DNA from: Heterodontus francisci
Lineage: Eukaryota
Assembly (NCBI RefSeq): GCF_036365525.1
Contig: NC_090409.1
Coordinates: 37,954,437-38,018,436 of the forward strand
Length of the DNA stretch: 64,000 bases
Direction of reading: 5' to 3'
A model generated the notes under the pieces. That model had not been told where the DNA came from, searched no databases, and saw only the letters and a program-made list of their open reading frames with translations. Positions 36,901-48,224 of this stretch are shown piece by piece (the first letter of the stretch is position 1; each line of letters begins with the position of its first letter). Made by a program: the position numbers and the translations under genes.

Positions 36901-39900
36901 GCCAGTGGTTGACATCTAAAATGCACTGCCTGAGAGTGTGGTGGTGGCAGGTTCAATTGAGGCATGTAACTCACTGTGGCATGCTCATGAATTTGCTATC
37001 TTGAGAGAAATAAATTGAACCTTACAGGAGCTAATGGATTCCAAGTGTCATGATCAACATGTCAGAGACAAAATAGGCAATAAATGCTGGCCTAGCCAGT
37101 GACATCCATATCCCATGAATGAATAAAACAAAATTGACACGCCAGCAAGGGACAATGCAATAGAAGGATGTGCTTCAGAAGACCCTTTCCTATATTGAGA
37201 TCTCAGGGCGTGTCTTCCTTCTACCTTACCCTGCAATATATATTGTGAGGGTACATGGAAACAGTCAAGTTTCACAAACCCTGAAGCAAGGACAAGATTA
37301 CAGGACAAGCACATCACATACAATTAAAGTATAACGCAGACATGGTGGGCAAAAGACCTCGATAAAATCCTGTAGCGTTTTGCTGGATACAAATTTTCTC
37401 TTATGCCACTAATATCTCTACCACCAGTTACTGGGTTTTCAAGAGCCATGCCACCAACTGGAATTTGAAAGGCCCCTGTGGCAAGTACCAGAAGAACCAA
37501 CACAATCTTCCAACGGGTCACTCTGCAAGGGGAGTCCAAAGCTCCGGAAACTGCACCATCCTTGGACAGGACAGACATTATGACTTTTTCATATTCATTC
37601 ATGGGATGAGGACTTCGCTGGCAAACATTTATTGCGCATCCCAAATTGCTCTTGAGAAAATGGTGCTGAGCCTGTATAAGATTTGCCACGATAGGGAAAT
37701 GAGCATTGTTCATCTCAGAATTGTCCCAGGATTCTTGAGCATTTTGTTTTCTCAATAAGGCCATGTGAACTATGTCTTGTGTATAACTTGTTTATAACTC
37801 TTGTCCACTCATCACAGTTGATTTTGCCTCTGCTGAGAGAATCCACTACATCACGTGACTCACCCACAAGGTGCTGGTAGGAAAGAGTTAAGACAATGGA
37901 CACAAGGAGAGGTCAGGGGCTTTTCATGCAGCAAATTATCAGAACTCAGAATGCCCTCCCAGTAACAGTGCTGGTCGCAGAATCCATCATAATTTATCAA
38001 AGGGAAGTCAATAGCTCTTTCAGAAAACCAACACAAGTGTACTGGGCCAAATGGCTTCCACATTTGGAATGTACGGAGGCAAACAGCCAGTGAATGAATC
38101 CTGCTGTAATACAACATAGAGCAAAATTCAGGGATAACTATGGAGGATGAAGGCCATTTGATGCAATGTCATTCATCCATCCAGAAAGATTACAGTACCC
38201 CCAACACCTCATTGCTATATGCCATTATTGCTCAGTACACATCTCCACCATCCCTTGTTTATTATTTGCAGTGTGGCAATAGTAAAATACTTAGTAATAA
38301 CCCCATTCTGTTTAAGTTTCACACATGTAAGCCACATTCCCACTTGCACATAAGCAGAATCAATTGTTTTCAGTAATTGAATGAATGCAATGAAATGCAT
38401 TGTCTAAAATAGACAAGGGACAGGTATTTCCCATAATCAGGGGCCATTCGTTTACAATTACGGAAAGTCCCAATCTATTTTATTACAAGATTTCAGAATT
38501 TTCATCAGTTGATTGGGGATAATAATCAGTGCCAGTTTGTTGGCAAACACAAGGCTGCACTCCTCTCCTCCCACTATGCCATGTTGTACTGCTCCACAAA
38601 TGCACTGGCCTACCAAGGACTGTGTCATCATATCAACCCTCCCAATAAATTCTTCTTGCCCTGAGGAAATGGATATATTACTTTGCACATACACAGGTAA
38701 TCATCATCACAAAGTTCCCTTTCTTCAGCGTAAACTTTTCTCTCTCTTTTTCTCAAACTGTATCTTCTACTTTCAGTCTCTTTGGTTGTTTCTTCATTTG
38801 CTGACTCCAAAACCTTTCCAGTACAGACAACTGTGGAATATATCAAAAAGATCATGAACAAAAAGTGAACCAATTAATTGTAATATTATCTCTTGCAATG
38901 TTTGTTTTTGCTTGAACAGTAGATGCTGAGGTATTTTCACAATACTGCAGGACATTGCTTTCGTCTGTCCTGAATGACTTCTGTAGTGGTCACACCATCA
39001 ACATAAAGTATCTCTTCCTAATTGCAATAACCTCAGTTATTCTAATAGAATTACTTCAATTGAATCCTTTAATTTCTGGACAAATACCTTTATTGGTTTT
39101 ACTTTCACAAGCCAAGGTACTTGTTTCTCTGTTGATCTTTTTAACTGAAACTGTCTCTTCCATAACTGAGGGAGTGTCCTCAGTGAAGCCCCTGAAACCT
39201 TTATCTTTATCTTCTTCTGAATGGGACACAATCGGTGATGAGGCTTTTTGCTTCTGAAATGCAGAATATAAGAGTAAAACTGTACCTCGTGACTCCTCAA
39301 TTGGAGAATATTGCTCAAGGAATTATGTACAACTTAAAGCATTTATCTATGTTTCCTCTCTATTAGTTTTTAAAGGATATTTAATAAACAAAGGTAACCA
39401 ACTACCCAAGTGGGAAAATGCAGTAATTCCCCAAGATAATGCACGTTTTTCAGATCGTTCCAATATTTGATACTGTACTTCTGCTTTGAGTTTGCTGATC
39501 ACAGCAAATGTGTAAAAACCCATTAGAAATAATCTCAGCACCATTTTGCAAGGATTTCCACTGATTGCTAACGAGTCATCACGGGCAGTATTTTCTGCTC
39601 TCCCCCTGTGGCGAGTTTGGAGGTGGGGAGGCCATTTAATTGGCCCACGGACATCCTTCTTGTCCCACCACCAATTGAGGCCGTTAAAGAGCAATTAATG
39701 CTCAATTATGGGTCTCTTCCCATGGGAGCTGGTATTAACCCAGCGGCTGGTGGAGCACGACATGCAAACCAGTGCAGGATTGCTCGTGGACTCCCTGGGG
39801 GTGTGGGGGGGGGGGGTGCAGGTGGTGGGGGGGGGGGTGCGGGGTCCCTCATTCAAACACATTAATTGCCTGATCGACGGATCCGGCATTTCAAAGGAGG

Positions 39901-42900
39901 TAGCCTGCTGAGAGCCACTCTCCTGCCCTTGCTGCCAACTCCCCCTACATCCCTCCTCAGATTGGCTGGCAGCTTTAAGTGGGCAAAACATCCTGTCCCC
40001 TGAGTTCTGATCCTGGGAAAGGCTTGCTGATGGCCTCTCAAGAGCCTGATTGGCTCGTCCCTTGGCAGGCCTTCCCCAAAGGAGGTAACTCAGGTCTCTC
40101 ACCAGCTATCCAGCCGGCTGCTGAGACCCCCGTCGCCTCCATAAAATTAAAATCTGGAAACGTGTGTGTCTGTGTACAGTAACCATTTCCAACAATGAAG
40201 AGCCTAAAACATGAAGAACAGCCATTGAGCAAATGTCGACAAGGCTGCCCATTAATTCAGCGCAGATGAAGGCAGCATCTCTACTTGTTAATCAATGCCT
40301 TTAGAAAAATGAGAAGAGGAGGAGTTTCAACACGTTATTTACTACTTCACCTTTCGTCTTCCCACACCACGAATCATCTTGAAAAGACAGGCAATATTCA
40401 ATAGTTTCCTAAAACTAACATTGAATTCCACCTGAGGTATACAAGCATTGGTAACACAGATCTTCATTCTGTTGAACATTGAATTAGCTTTCCTGACTTT
40501 AGCACATACACTCCGCCAGCTGTGTTTCTGAAGACTGTACACAGGAATTTACAAGGCAAAAACAAAATTAGAGATAAGGAATTAAGTGTATGAATCTGTA
40601 CCTATCAGATATCACGCTTGCTTTTCCTGTAATCTCCCGGCTTTCCTGAAGGAATTGAAGTACGGTTCTATAGGCACTAATTATCCTCCACTGCCTCGTC
40701 CATGCGTCTACACAGAAAATATTGGAAGGCAACTCAAGTCTCAGGAGACTTGGGCTGATAAGTGGCAAGTAACATTCGTGCCACCCAAGTTCCGGGCAAC
40801 GATCATCTCCAACAAGAGAGAATCTAACCATCTCTCCTTGACATTTAATGGCATTACCATCCCCGAATTCCCCACCACCAACATCCTTGGAGGATTACCA
40901 TTGAACAGTAACTTAACTTGACCAGCCAAATAAATATTGAGGCTACAAGAGTAGGTCAGAGGCTGGGAATTCTCCGGTGCATAACTCATCTCCTGCCTTG
41001 CCAAACCCTGTCCACCATCTACAAGGCACAAGCCAGGAGTATAATGGAATACTCCCCACTTTCTTGGATGAGTGCAGCTTCATCAGCACTTAAGAAGCTC
41101 GACACCATCCAGGACAAAGGCAGCCCGCTTGATCGGCACCCCATCCACCACCTTCAACATTCACTCCCTTCGCCACCGACACACAGTGGCAGCAGTTACC
41201 ATATATAAGATGCACTGCAGCAACTCGCCAAGGCTTCTTCAACAGCACCTCCTAAACCCGCGATCTGGACAACCTAGAAGGACAAGGGCAGCAGTAACAT
41301 GGGATCACCACTACCTGCAATTACCCCTCCAAGTCACACATCATCCTGCCTTGGACCTATATCACCGTTCCTTCACTGTCGCTGGGTCAAAAACCTAGAA
41401 CATCCTCCGTCAAAGCATTGTGGGTGTACCTACAACAGATGGACTGCAGCAGTTCAAGAAGACAGTTCACCAGCACCTTCCCAAGGGCAATTAGGGATGG
41501 GCAACAAATGCTGGCCTTGCCAATGACACCCACATCTCACTGAAGAATAAAAAATAGGCACCAAAGCACAGATTTATCATAGTTCTTTCCAAGAGTACTC
41601 ACACTTTTCCAGAAAAGCTCAAAATGTAGCAATCCAGAGCAGGGACCCTAGTTACAGCCTGGCCACTTTGAGAACTTAGTGCTGCAGCAGTGACCAAATG
41701 GATTTGTCTTTCTGAACCAGTTAGATTCACACTATGGAGCCTCATGGGAAACATAAAAAGTTTAAGTCCAAATTCTGATCAACTTGTAAATATTTCAAGC
41801 TGCTGCTATTCACAGTTTTTGGGATGCTGATTGAGTATTTATGCACAAACAACATTAAGAAGAGTTCACATACAAAACCTCCAGCTCGTTACATTCAAAT
41901 AGGACAAGTAAGCAAGTAAGAAATATTTGTACTAATAAGACCAAGTTACCGGGGACCATATGCTGCAAATTAAAAACAAAAATGGATTGCTGATAGTTTG
42001 AAATAAAGGCAGAGAATGCTGGAGGTGTGTAGCTGGTTAATTTGCATCTCAAAGAGTAAGACTTGTTCAAATGCTAACATAAAAGCAAAATACTGCGGAT
42101 GCTGGAAATCTGAAAAAAAAACAAGAAATGCTGGATTCACTCAGCAGGTCTGGCAGCATCTGTGGAAAGAGAAGCAGAGTTAACGTTTCGGGTCAGTGAC
42201 CCTTCTTCAAAGAAGGGTCACTGACCCGAAACGTTAACTCTGCTTCTCAAATGCTAACAGGTCTGCCATGATTATCGAACAGATTGTTTCCAGCTTGTCT
42301 AATAAGAATTTCTGTTCCCACTGAATTACCTTTCTGGTGTTCTCTTTCTTAGTCTCCTTGGTATCTTCATTCATAAAGAGAGACTTAAAGAATCTCACCT
42401 CTTAAGCAAAAAGAAATATGTCAGTATTGATTGAGGTAATCTCAGATTTCAATTTATTTATGTTAACAGCATGACAATTCTAAAAATATCAAGTTTATTC
42501 AGGCCCAATCAAGAACCAATACATCATGTAGATTGTCACACTCCAAGAAGTGCAGCGATGGAAATACAGAACCGAACTGGAGATATAAAAAAATTGGAAC
42601 AATTTTAAAGAGACTAGTACATGTGCTGTCAACAAAATGGAGAACAAGACACATGGCCCTCAGCATCTTTTGCACTCAAATCCACATCAGTGTTTATTAA
42701 AACTGAAAACCAATTAAGCACCATCTGCATGGAAATGCAACAGATTGGCAGCACAGTGGTTAGCACCGCAGCCTCACATCTCCAGTGACCCAGGTTCAGT
42801 TCTGGGTACTGCCTGTGTGGAGTTTGCAAGTTCTCCCTGTAACTGCGTGGGTTTCTACCAGGTGCTCTGGTTTCCTCCCACAGCCAAAGACTTGCAGGTT

Positions 42901-45900
42901 GATAGGTAAATTGGCCATTATAAATTGCCCCTAGTATAGGTAGGTAGTAGGGGATGTGGTAGGAATGTAGGATTGGTATAAATGGGTGGTTGATGGTCAG
43001 CACAGACTTGGTGGGCCAAAGGGCCTGTTTCAGTGTTGTATCTCTAAAGAAAATAAATAAATCACAACTGGATGTGAGCTAAACTCAAACACAATAAGAC
43101 ATGACCTTTTGCAGATTTCTCATCTCTGAATAACCTCCATTACATTGGAGTGTGAACCAGCCTCATCACCTCAAAATGGGGCCATCATCAAGGCCATTAT
43201 ACAGCCATGAAGCCACATGGGCAAAACCAACCCTTGTAAAAATTCACCATAAAAGGTAATTGTTTTGAGGAACAAAGGGAGTCTTTTCAGGGCAGCACTA
43301 GAGACATCAGTCTGGTCTGTCCTCAGCTCTCACAGCACAATAACAAAAAAGCCATTTTGAATTCCAGCAAGGCTAAAAGAGAAAGATCATTTCCAGTCAA
43401 CACAGTTGAACCTTGCTGAGACAAGTCTATAAAGTTAGCTACAGAGGAAACAAGGAAGTATCTTTGCAAAAATGACTTCTCTACTGGTGACAACTGGCCT
43501 AAGACATCAGCACAATCTTCAACCCAAAGTGAATCACCAGAAGACTGCAATAGCCCAACGATCACCAGACACCCAGCAAACAGGTCTGCAATCTCAAAAA
43601 TTCACCTTCCGAAGGGGATCCCACAGGTTATTCTTGAAACAACAGACTTTGACAACCTGAACTTTGAACACCTCTTACTCTGTAGTTTTCTATCTATCTT
43701 CTCTTGAAAGTGCATGTGGTATGCTGGCGTGAGTGGTGTTGTGATCATTTCCAGATTTGTTAAAAAATAGTTATCTTTGTTATACCTACGAGAAAACCTG
43801 TCTATTTATTTGGCAAAAAAAAATACAAGGGGTTAAAATACTAGTAACAAAAAGACTTGCTGTGATCAGTTGGGAGATGAACGGTGGGAACAAGCCATGC
43901 CATCACCCACCTGGCCATAACAAGATAAAAGATAGAAAGGTAAATGTACACAAATATAAGGTAACATGTGATCATACAATTTAGTTACCTTTCCAGCTCT
44001 TCAAAACTTCAAAGTAACTGCCTAATTACAAAAATGATGTACTAGCCACTAGCCAAACTGGTTATAATCAGGTTTTTGAAAAGAAGTACTTTTAATATTG
44101 CAACAAAGGAAGTACATCCAATTTACGTGGGGGTTCTTGGCAGGACGTTTAGGCATTCAATCCTCATCTGAGTCACAAGAGACACACAGGGTGGGTGCCC
44201 CATGTACACCTTGAGATAAATGGCACATCAAGTCCTGCAAATATTAAAATGACCAGTCTAGCACAAGGAAGAAGCCCTGCTGCTGATACTATACTTCAAC
44301 TTGGTGCATAGAGGAGTACACTGTCTTTCTCTAGTTCCACTTCTCTCCACAGGTCACAACATATATTTAAATGTGTACTCAATTATCAATACAGCCAATT
44401 ATATCTTCTATTTTTTATTTCAGAATAAACTCTACCAAAGAGGTTTCTTTAAACAACAAAATTATCAACTTATTATAAAACAAGACATATTCAGTCAAGA
44501 TACAAAACATTAACACACAGATTGAAAGATGAAAGTTCCCTTCTACCTTAGCCCAACATACTCACACAGACATAAACACACACCAGTTAAAAAAAAAGAC
44601 ATGTTCTCTGCAGATCTCTTTAAAAAAGACAAAAAAGAATACTTTGGCCAAATACTTGTTAATTCTTGAAGGAAAAGGAGAAAATATGGAATGATATCAG
44701 TTGTCCTTTTATTCTGGTGTCCCAAATATGCGTAGACGGCTGTCACTGGGATCATTCTAGAGAAGTTGTTTTCAGGCAGTGTTGAGGATTAATGTGACAG
44801 GCTTTCTAGGAGAAATGCGGTATCGTGTTTCAGCTTTCACACACTGGATTCGCAGGGTTTCTCAGACAGGTGGAGAAAATTAGCCCAACATACTCACACA
44901 GGCCTCTCGCAGGCTGACTCCCAACTGACTCAAAACAGTATTCAAAATGAAACCAACTCCTGACCACCATAAATCTTGACATGTCACTTCTCTGTAAACA
45001 ACTCCCATAGTCAGAAGGCACCTACTGTTTACTTAGCTGAAGACATGTGACTTCCAGTGACCTTTAAATAAAAAGGCAAGCATCCTTGGAATCACTTCAG
45101 TCTCAAATGAAGCCATCTCCACAATTCTAAAACACGAGTCCTCAAATAAATATTCAAAAATGGAAGCACTTTCACAATAAAGTTCACTACTACAAACATC
45201 CAGGCCTACACCTTTGAAAAGACGTTATTCCTGAGATGATTGAACAGGTTTCTGTAAACCATGAACTCTTACATCACGTTCAACTTGAATTGAATCCTAG
45301 TCTTTTTCTCTCCATGCTTGTGTATGAATGTGCATGTGAATGAGTGAGTGGGTGAACAAATTCGGTTTTACTGTTTAAATAAAATTTAACCTTCCTTTTT
45401 TTAAAAGCTACAAGAAAACCTGTCATTGTTCTGTTTATTTGACCTTAAAAACACTCAGGAACTAACTCACCATTTTTAAAAAAACACTATTACAGTCAGT
45501 TGGGAGGTGAGAAGTCAAAGTTACCCACACCACTAACCACCTGTCCATAATATCATCTTTCCATCTCTTCAAAACTTCAAAGTAACTGTCTCCTGACAAA
45601 AACTATGTACTGGCTACTGGCCAAATTGGTTGAAATCAGGTTTTTAAAAAAAGTACTTTTAATATTTCAACAAAGAAAACATATCCAGTTTACGTGGTTG
45701 GTTTTTTGCAAGAGGCTTAGGCGTCCAATCCTCATTTGAGTCGGAAGAAATATAAACACGGGGTCGGTGCTCCCTGCTACACTTTGACATGAATGGTACA
45801 TCCAACCCTGTGAAAATTAAAATATTCCAATCACCTGCAGTTAATAATTGCCTGCATTTAGCTTGGCTTCATTTACTGATGTAAATTATCTGTTGAATCG

Positions 45901-48224
45901 AACCATTTTAGAATAATATCAGATAAAAGCAATGCAGAGGGTCAGGGGTTAGGGGAAAGTCCAAAGGAAGGAGCTTTACATTTCTGACAGCTGATGGTCA
46001 CTCTCAGGACCGAGGGAAAGGAAGGTCATTGATGGCATCTGAGATGCAGAGTTCACCCGGCATGGACTCCATGGGCTGAATGGCCTCTTTCTGTACTGTA
46101 AATGACCCTATGACCTCCTGCAATCCTAAATTTACTATTTTTATTCTTCATTTAGTATTTCATGGTAGTCAATCTGTGGTTTTGCAAAGATAGTGAGGGA
46201 ACGCCACACAGGCACAATAGGAATTGTTCTTATGACACAAAAAAATATACGTGTGATAGTCAGGTGAGATCAGGACCATCTATGGTGTTCTCCACCTCAG
46301 ACAGGATTTTTTGCTTCAGCGGACCTGACACACACAAGGAGCGCTTATTGGGAAATTGTGAATCCTCAGTCTGTGATTTCACAACTGTTACATTTATATT
46401 CAGCGAATTGCAGGCTGGGGTTGCTGAATTTCCAGATATTCATTCCTAATGTGTGCTAGAAGTGGTGAAATGGAATATCCCGGCCATAATGTCAAACTAC
46501 ATGAGGAGAATATCTACTTGAGTGTAAATTGGAAGTATTGTATGCGAGTATGAACCAGAGAGGAAGAAATGTTGCAAGCAAGAAAATAACAGATTTGGAA
46601 CAAACCTATTGCAAGCAGGGTTTTGTAGTTTTGCTGCAGCTTCTTACAGTGGAATTCTACCCATTCGCTTAGTTCCGCCCATTCAGCATTGGAAAGATAC
46701 ATGGCAATCTCTTTAAGCTTCTCTAGAATCTGGAGAAATAAAATGAATGTCATTACTGATACATTTAGGTATTAGATCTGTAATCTTCAAAAGCTCGCAC
46801 TCTGCTGTGCTGTCAGATTTGCCAATCTTTTAAAAATTATCCTCTCCACTACTTGAATGGGCTGGCACAACCAGACATTATTGGCAGCCAATAATATCGT
46901 CGCACCATGATGTTGCAACGTCATGAAGGAAATTGTCTCCCAGGACCTTCTACAATTCGGGTTGGTGCGAATATGTTCCAGGGGATGCCTGGAAAGGCAA
47001 AAGATGCACTGCAGCAACTCCCTTCTTAACAGCACTGTGGGAGCACCTTCATCACACAGACTGCAGCAGTTCAAGAAGGGGGCACGTCCCCACCTTCTCA
47101 AGGGCAATTAGGGACGGGCAATTACTACTGGCTTACACAGCAAGGCCCACACTCATGAACTAAAATAAAAAGAACTAAATTGCTCAAAATGCTCCCACGC
47201 ACCATCCCGTTTCTAAATTATTCTTCCTCTCATTATCCACATACACTCAACATCATGCTGAAGTTTGGTCTGATACTTTCAAGGAACGCAGGAATAGGCC
47301 ATTGAGCAAGCTCGGTCATGTAGTTCACTTTGGCAGGGTCTACCCTTTGAATCTCATATCACTTAATATCCTTACAACCAATTTATTTATCCCTTTTAAA
47401 ACACCTGAATTAAATCTGCATCAACAGCCTCCTGTGGTAGCACGTTTTACAATCCCACAAAATTTAGCCTTAAGAAATTTTTTCCTGGGTTAACTTTCCA
47501 ACACCTTTTCTATTTCTAATAGATGACCCAATTACAGACCTCCCAATTAGAAATATATAAATCCAGGATATCATCCGTCTTGTCAATTTTGTTTTATTCA
47601 GGATGTGGATAATTCGGTCAGGACCATCCTTTATGTCCATCCATAATTGCCTTCAAAAGGGGGTGGACCTTCACTGTAAACTTCGATCAGATCATTCCTC
47701 ATCTGTAGGGAAGTTTGCTCAGTCTCTGATCTCAGCCTAAAGTCCTCAATGAAATAGAAAAGGCAAACCACAGCAGTACTTTAAATTAAATTGTAACTGC
47801 AAGACCTGAATCAAGCTGGTAAAAGAGAAGTTCAGAATTAACGTCACAGAAAGAAATGATTACCTGGATCGGGTAGTACAAACAAAAAAAACAAATATTA
47901 AATAATTTAAACAGATAGATATTGTAATAAAGACAACTTGCGTTTCTACTGGAAGGATCAGTTAGAGGGCTCAAATGGTCTCACTGATCAATATTAATAA
48001 TCATGATCCCATCAAATCATTGGGGAGCATACTCACTCCCTACTGACAATATTGTGACTGACCAGCTGAATCTTTCCTATCTCAAGTTGTGGAAAATAAA
48101 CTGACACAGCATTTCTTTTCTGGTTTCACCTTCAAATCTCCCATGATCTTACCTCGGATTTCCTCTGCTCAGACATAGCCTTTCCCTCTCCAGTATTTGT
48201 GCTGTCACTCTTAGTTTTACCCAT
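23845..48224 (-). CDS. PRDM9: Histone-lysine N-methyltransferase PRDM9, complete architecture: complement(join(23845..24965,27653..27843,28624..28691,33949..34220,38693..38830,39088..39253,42330..42400,45694..45807,46606..46729,48153..48224)), ~778 aa
   Basis: The ten exons join in frame (2337 nt) with GT-AG sites. Domains: KRAB ([17 protein letters not shown]...NYKTLLAIG), [14 protein letters not shown] ([14 protein letters not shown]...DDDYL), zinc knuckle ([17 protein letters not shown]), PR/SET ([44 protein letters not shown]), post-SET finger and tandem C2H2 array. The 124-, 272- and 68-bp exons match human PRDM9 exon sizes as I recall them. The two low-complexity middle exons and the first exon are less certain. 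Confidence 0.92.
25485..25680. repeat. ~59-60-bp tandem repeat x3 in the PRDM9 last intron
   Basis: caatgtctcagtgtgggtgg.gctggaaccctgtttcaatggaggt repeated. Confidence 0.85.
26480..27580 (-). mobile_element. Old CR1 fragment in the PRDM9 last intron
   Basis: Degenerate CR1 RT/3' motifs ([20 protein letters not shown]). Confidence 0.75.
27653..27843 (-). CDS. PRDM9: PRDM9 PR/SET exon (FVNCAR...[10 protein letters not shown])
   Basis: ttccag|A TTT GTT AAC TGT...AAA T|gtaagg. Confidence 0.96.
28624..28691 (-). CDS. PRDM9: PRDM9 68-bp PR/SET exon ([23 protein letters not shown])
   Basis: ctgcag|ATC AGT...ATG AG|gtaagg. Confidence 0.96.
28757..30505 (+). mobile_element. Relatively young 5'-truncated CR1 LINE (RT ORF 28788-30137), antisense in a PRDM9 intron
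   Basis: 449-aa RT frame ([30 protein letters not shown]); the FADD motif is deleted; in-frame stop at 30135-30137. Confidence 0.95.
31190..33430 (-). mobile_element. CR1 LINE fragment interrupted by an RTE element
   Basis: CR1 RT pieces on both sides of 32110-33004 are colinear. Confidence 0.88.
32122..32992 (-). mobile_element. RTE/BovB-like LINE 3' fragment with 12-bp target-site duplication
   Basis: 254-aa ORF FTYLG...[21 protein letters not shown]...[20 protein letters not shown], ending in a C..C...H zinc motif; TSD catacctcctat at 32110-32121 and 32993-33004. Confidence 0.92.
33949..34220 (-). CDS. PRDM9: PRDM9 272-bp exon (zinc knuckle + PR/SET N-half)
   Basis: gatag|TT TGT GAA GAC TGC...TGG GTG|gtaagt. 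Confidence 0.96.
34380..34710 (+). mobile_element. Penelope-like terminal remnant with hammerhead core
   Basis: agttCTGATGAaggatcattgacctGAAAagTTaact followed by the ccacaaatgctgccagacc tail shared with 15000-15345, 36560-36700 and 42080-42246. Confidence 0.55.
35200..36965 (+). mobile_element. CR1 fragment interrupted by a solo LTR (35714-36541) and a Penelope-like remnant (36560-36710)
   Basis: CR1 motifs resume at ~36715 after the insertions. Confidence 0.75.
38693..38830 (-). CDS. PRDM9: PRDM9 SSXRD exon
   Basis: ccacag|TT GTC TGT...[26 protein letters not shown]|gtatgt. Confidence 0.93.
39088..39253 (-). CDS. PRDM9: PRDM9 linker exon ([16 protein letters not shown]...)
   Basis: tttcag|AAG CAA...AAA G|gtattt; open, and phase 0->1 as required by the flanking exons. 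Confidence 0.7.
40740..41550 (+). mobile_element. LINE 3' fragment (same family as 3797-4175)
   Basis: WADKWQVTF...[20 protein letters not shown] motifs. Confidence 0.8.
42080..42246. mobile_element. Short Penelope-like insertion with a perfect 39-bp inverted repeat and 13-bp TSD
   Basis: Arms at 42169-42207 and 42210-42248; TSD tcaaatgctaaca at 42067-42079 and 42247-42259. Confidence 0.75.
42330..42400 (-). CDS. PRDM9: PRDM9 short linker exon ([23 protein letters not shown])
   Basis: cttaag|AG GTG...AGA AAG|gtaatt; phase 1->0 fits. Confidence 0.7.
42534..43922 (+). mobile_element. LTR-like element (TGTCAC...ATAACA) with a nested V-SINE (42747-43060)
   Basis: The start matches the LTR-like sequences at 60541 and 63352; TG...CA termini. 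Confidence 0.65.
44127..44234 (-). pseudogene. Degenerate duplicate of the PRDM9 post-KRAB exon
   Basis: Aligns to 45694-45807 with intact ag/gt ends but has indels and in-frame TGA codons. Confidence 0.85.
45694..45807 (-). CDS. PRDM9: PRDM9 post-KRAB exon ([38 protein letters not shown])
   Basis: Resembles human PRDM9 GL...PAFM...DSDEEWTP; phase 1->1. Confidence 0.9.
46606..46729 (-). CDS. PRDM9: PRDM9 KRAB exon (124 bp)
   Basis: ctccag|ATT CTA GAG AAG...GCA ATA G|gtttgt. Confidence 0.92.
48153..48224 (-). CDS. PRDM9: Probable PRDM9 first coding exon ([24 protein letters not shown])
   Basis: gggATGG Kozak context, 24 codons, strong phase-0 donor GAG|gtaaga. Confidence 0.7.

Noticed and set aside
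40342-40542. Possible extra PRDM9 linker exon
   Set aside because: The phase-0 frame required by the neighbouring exons is closed by stops, and there is no recognisable similarity.
46255-46446. Possible extra PRDM9 exon between the KRAB and post-KRAB exons
   Set aside because: Each frame from the ttag acceptor hits a stop, and the flanking exons already join in phase.
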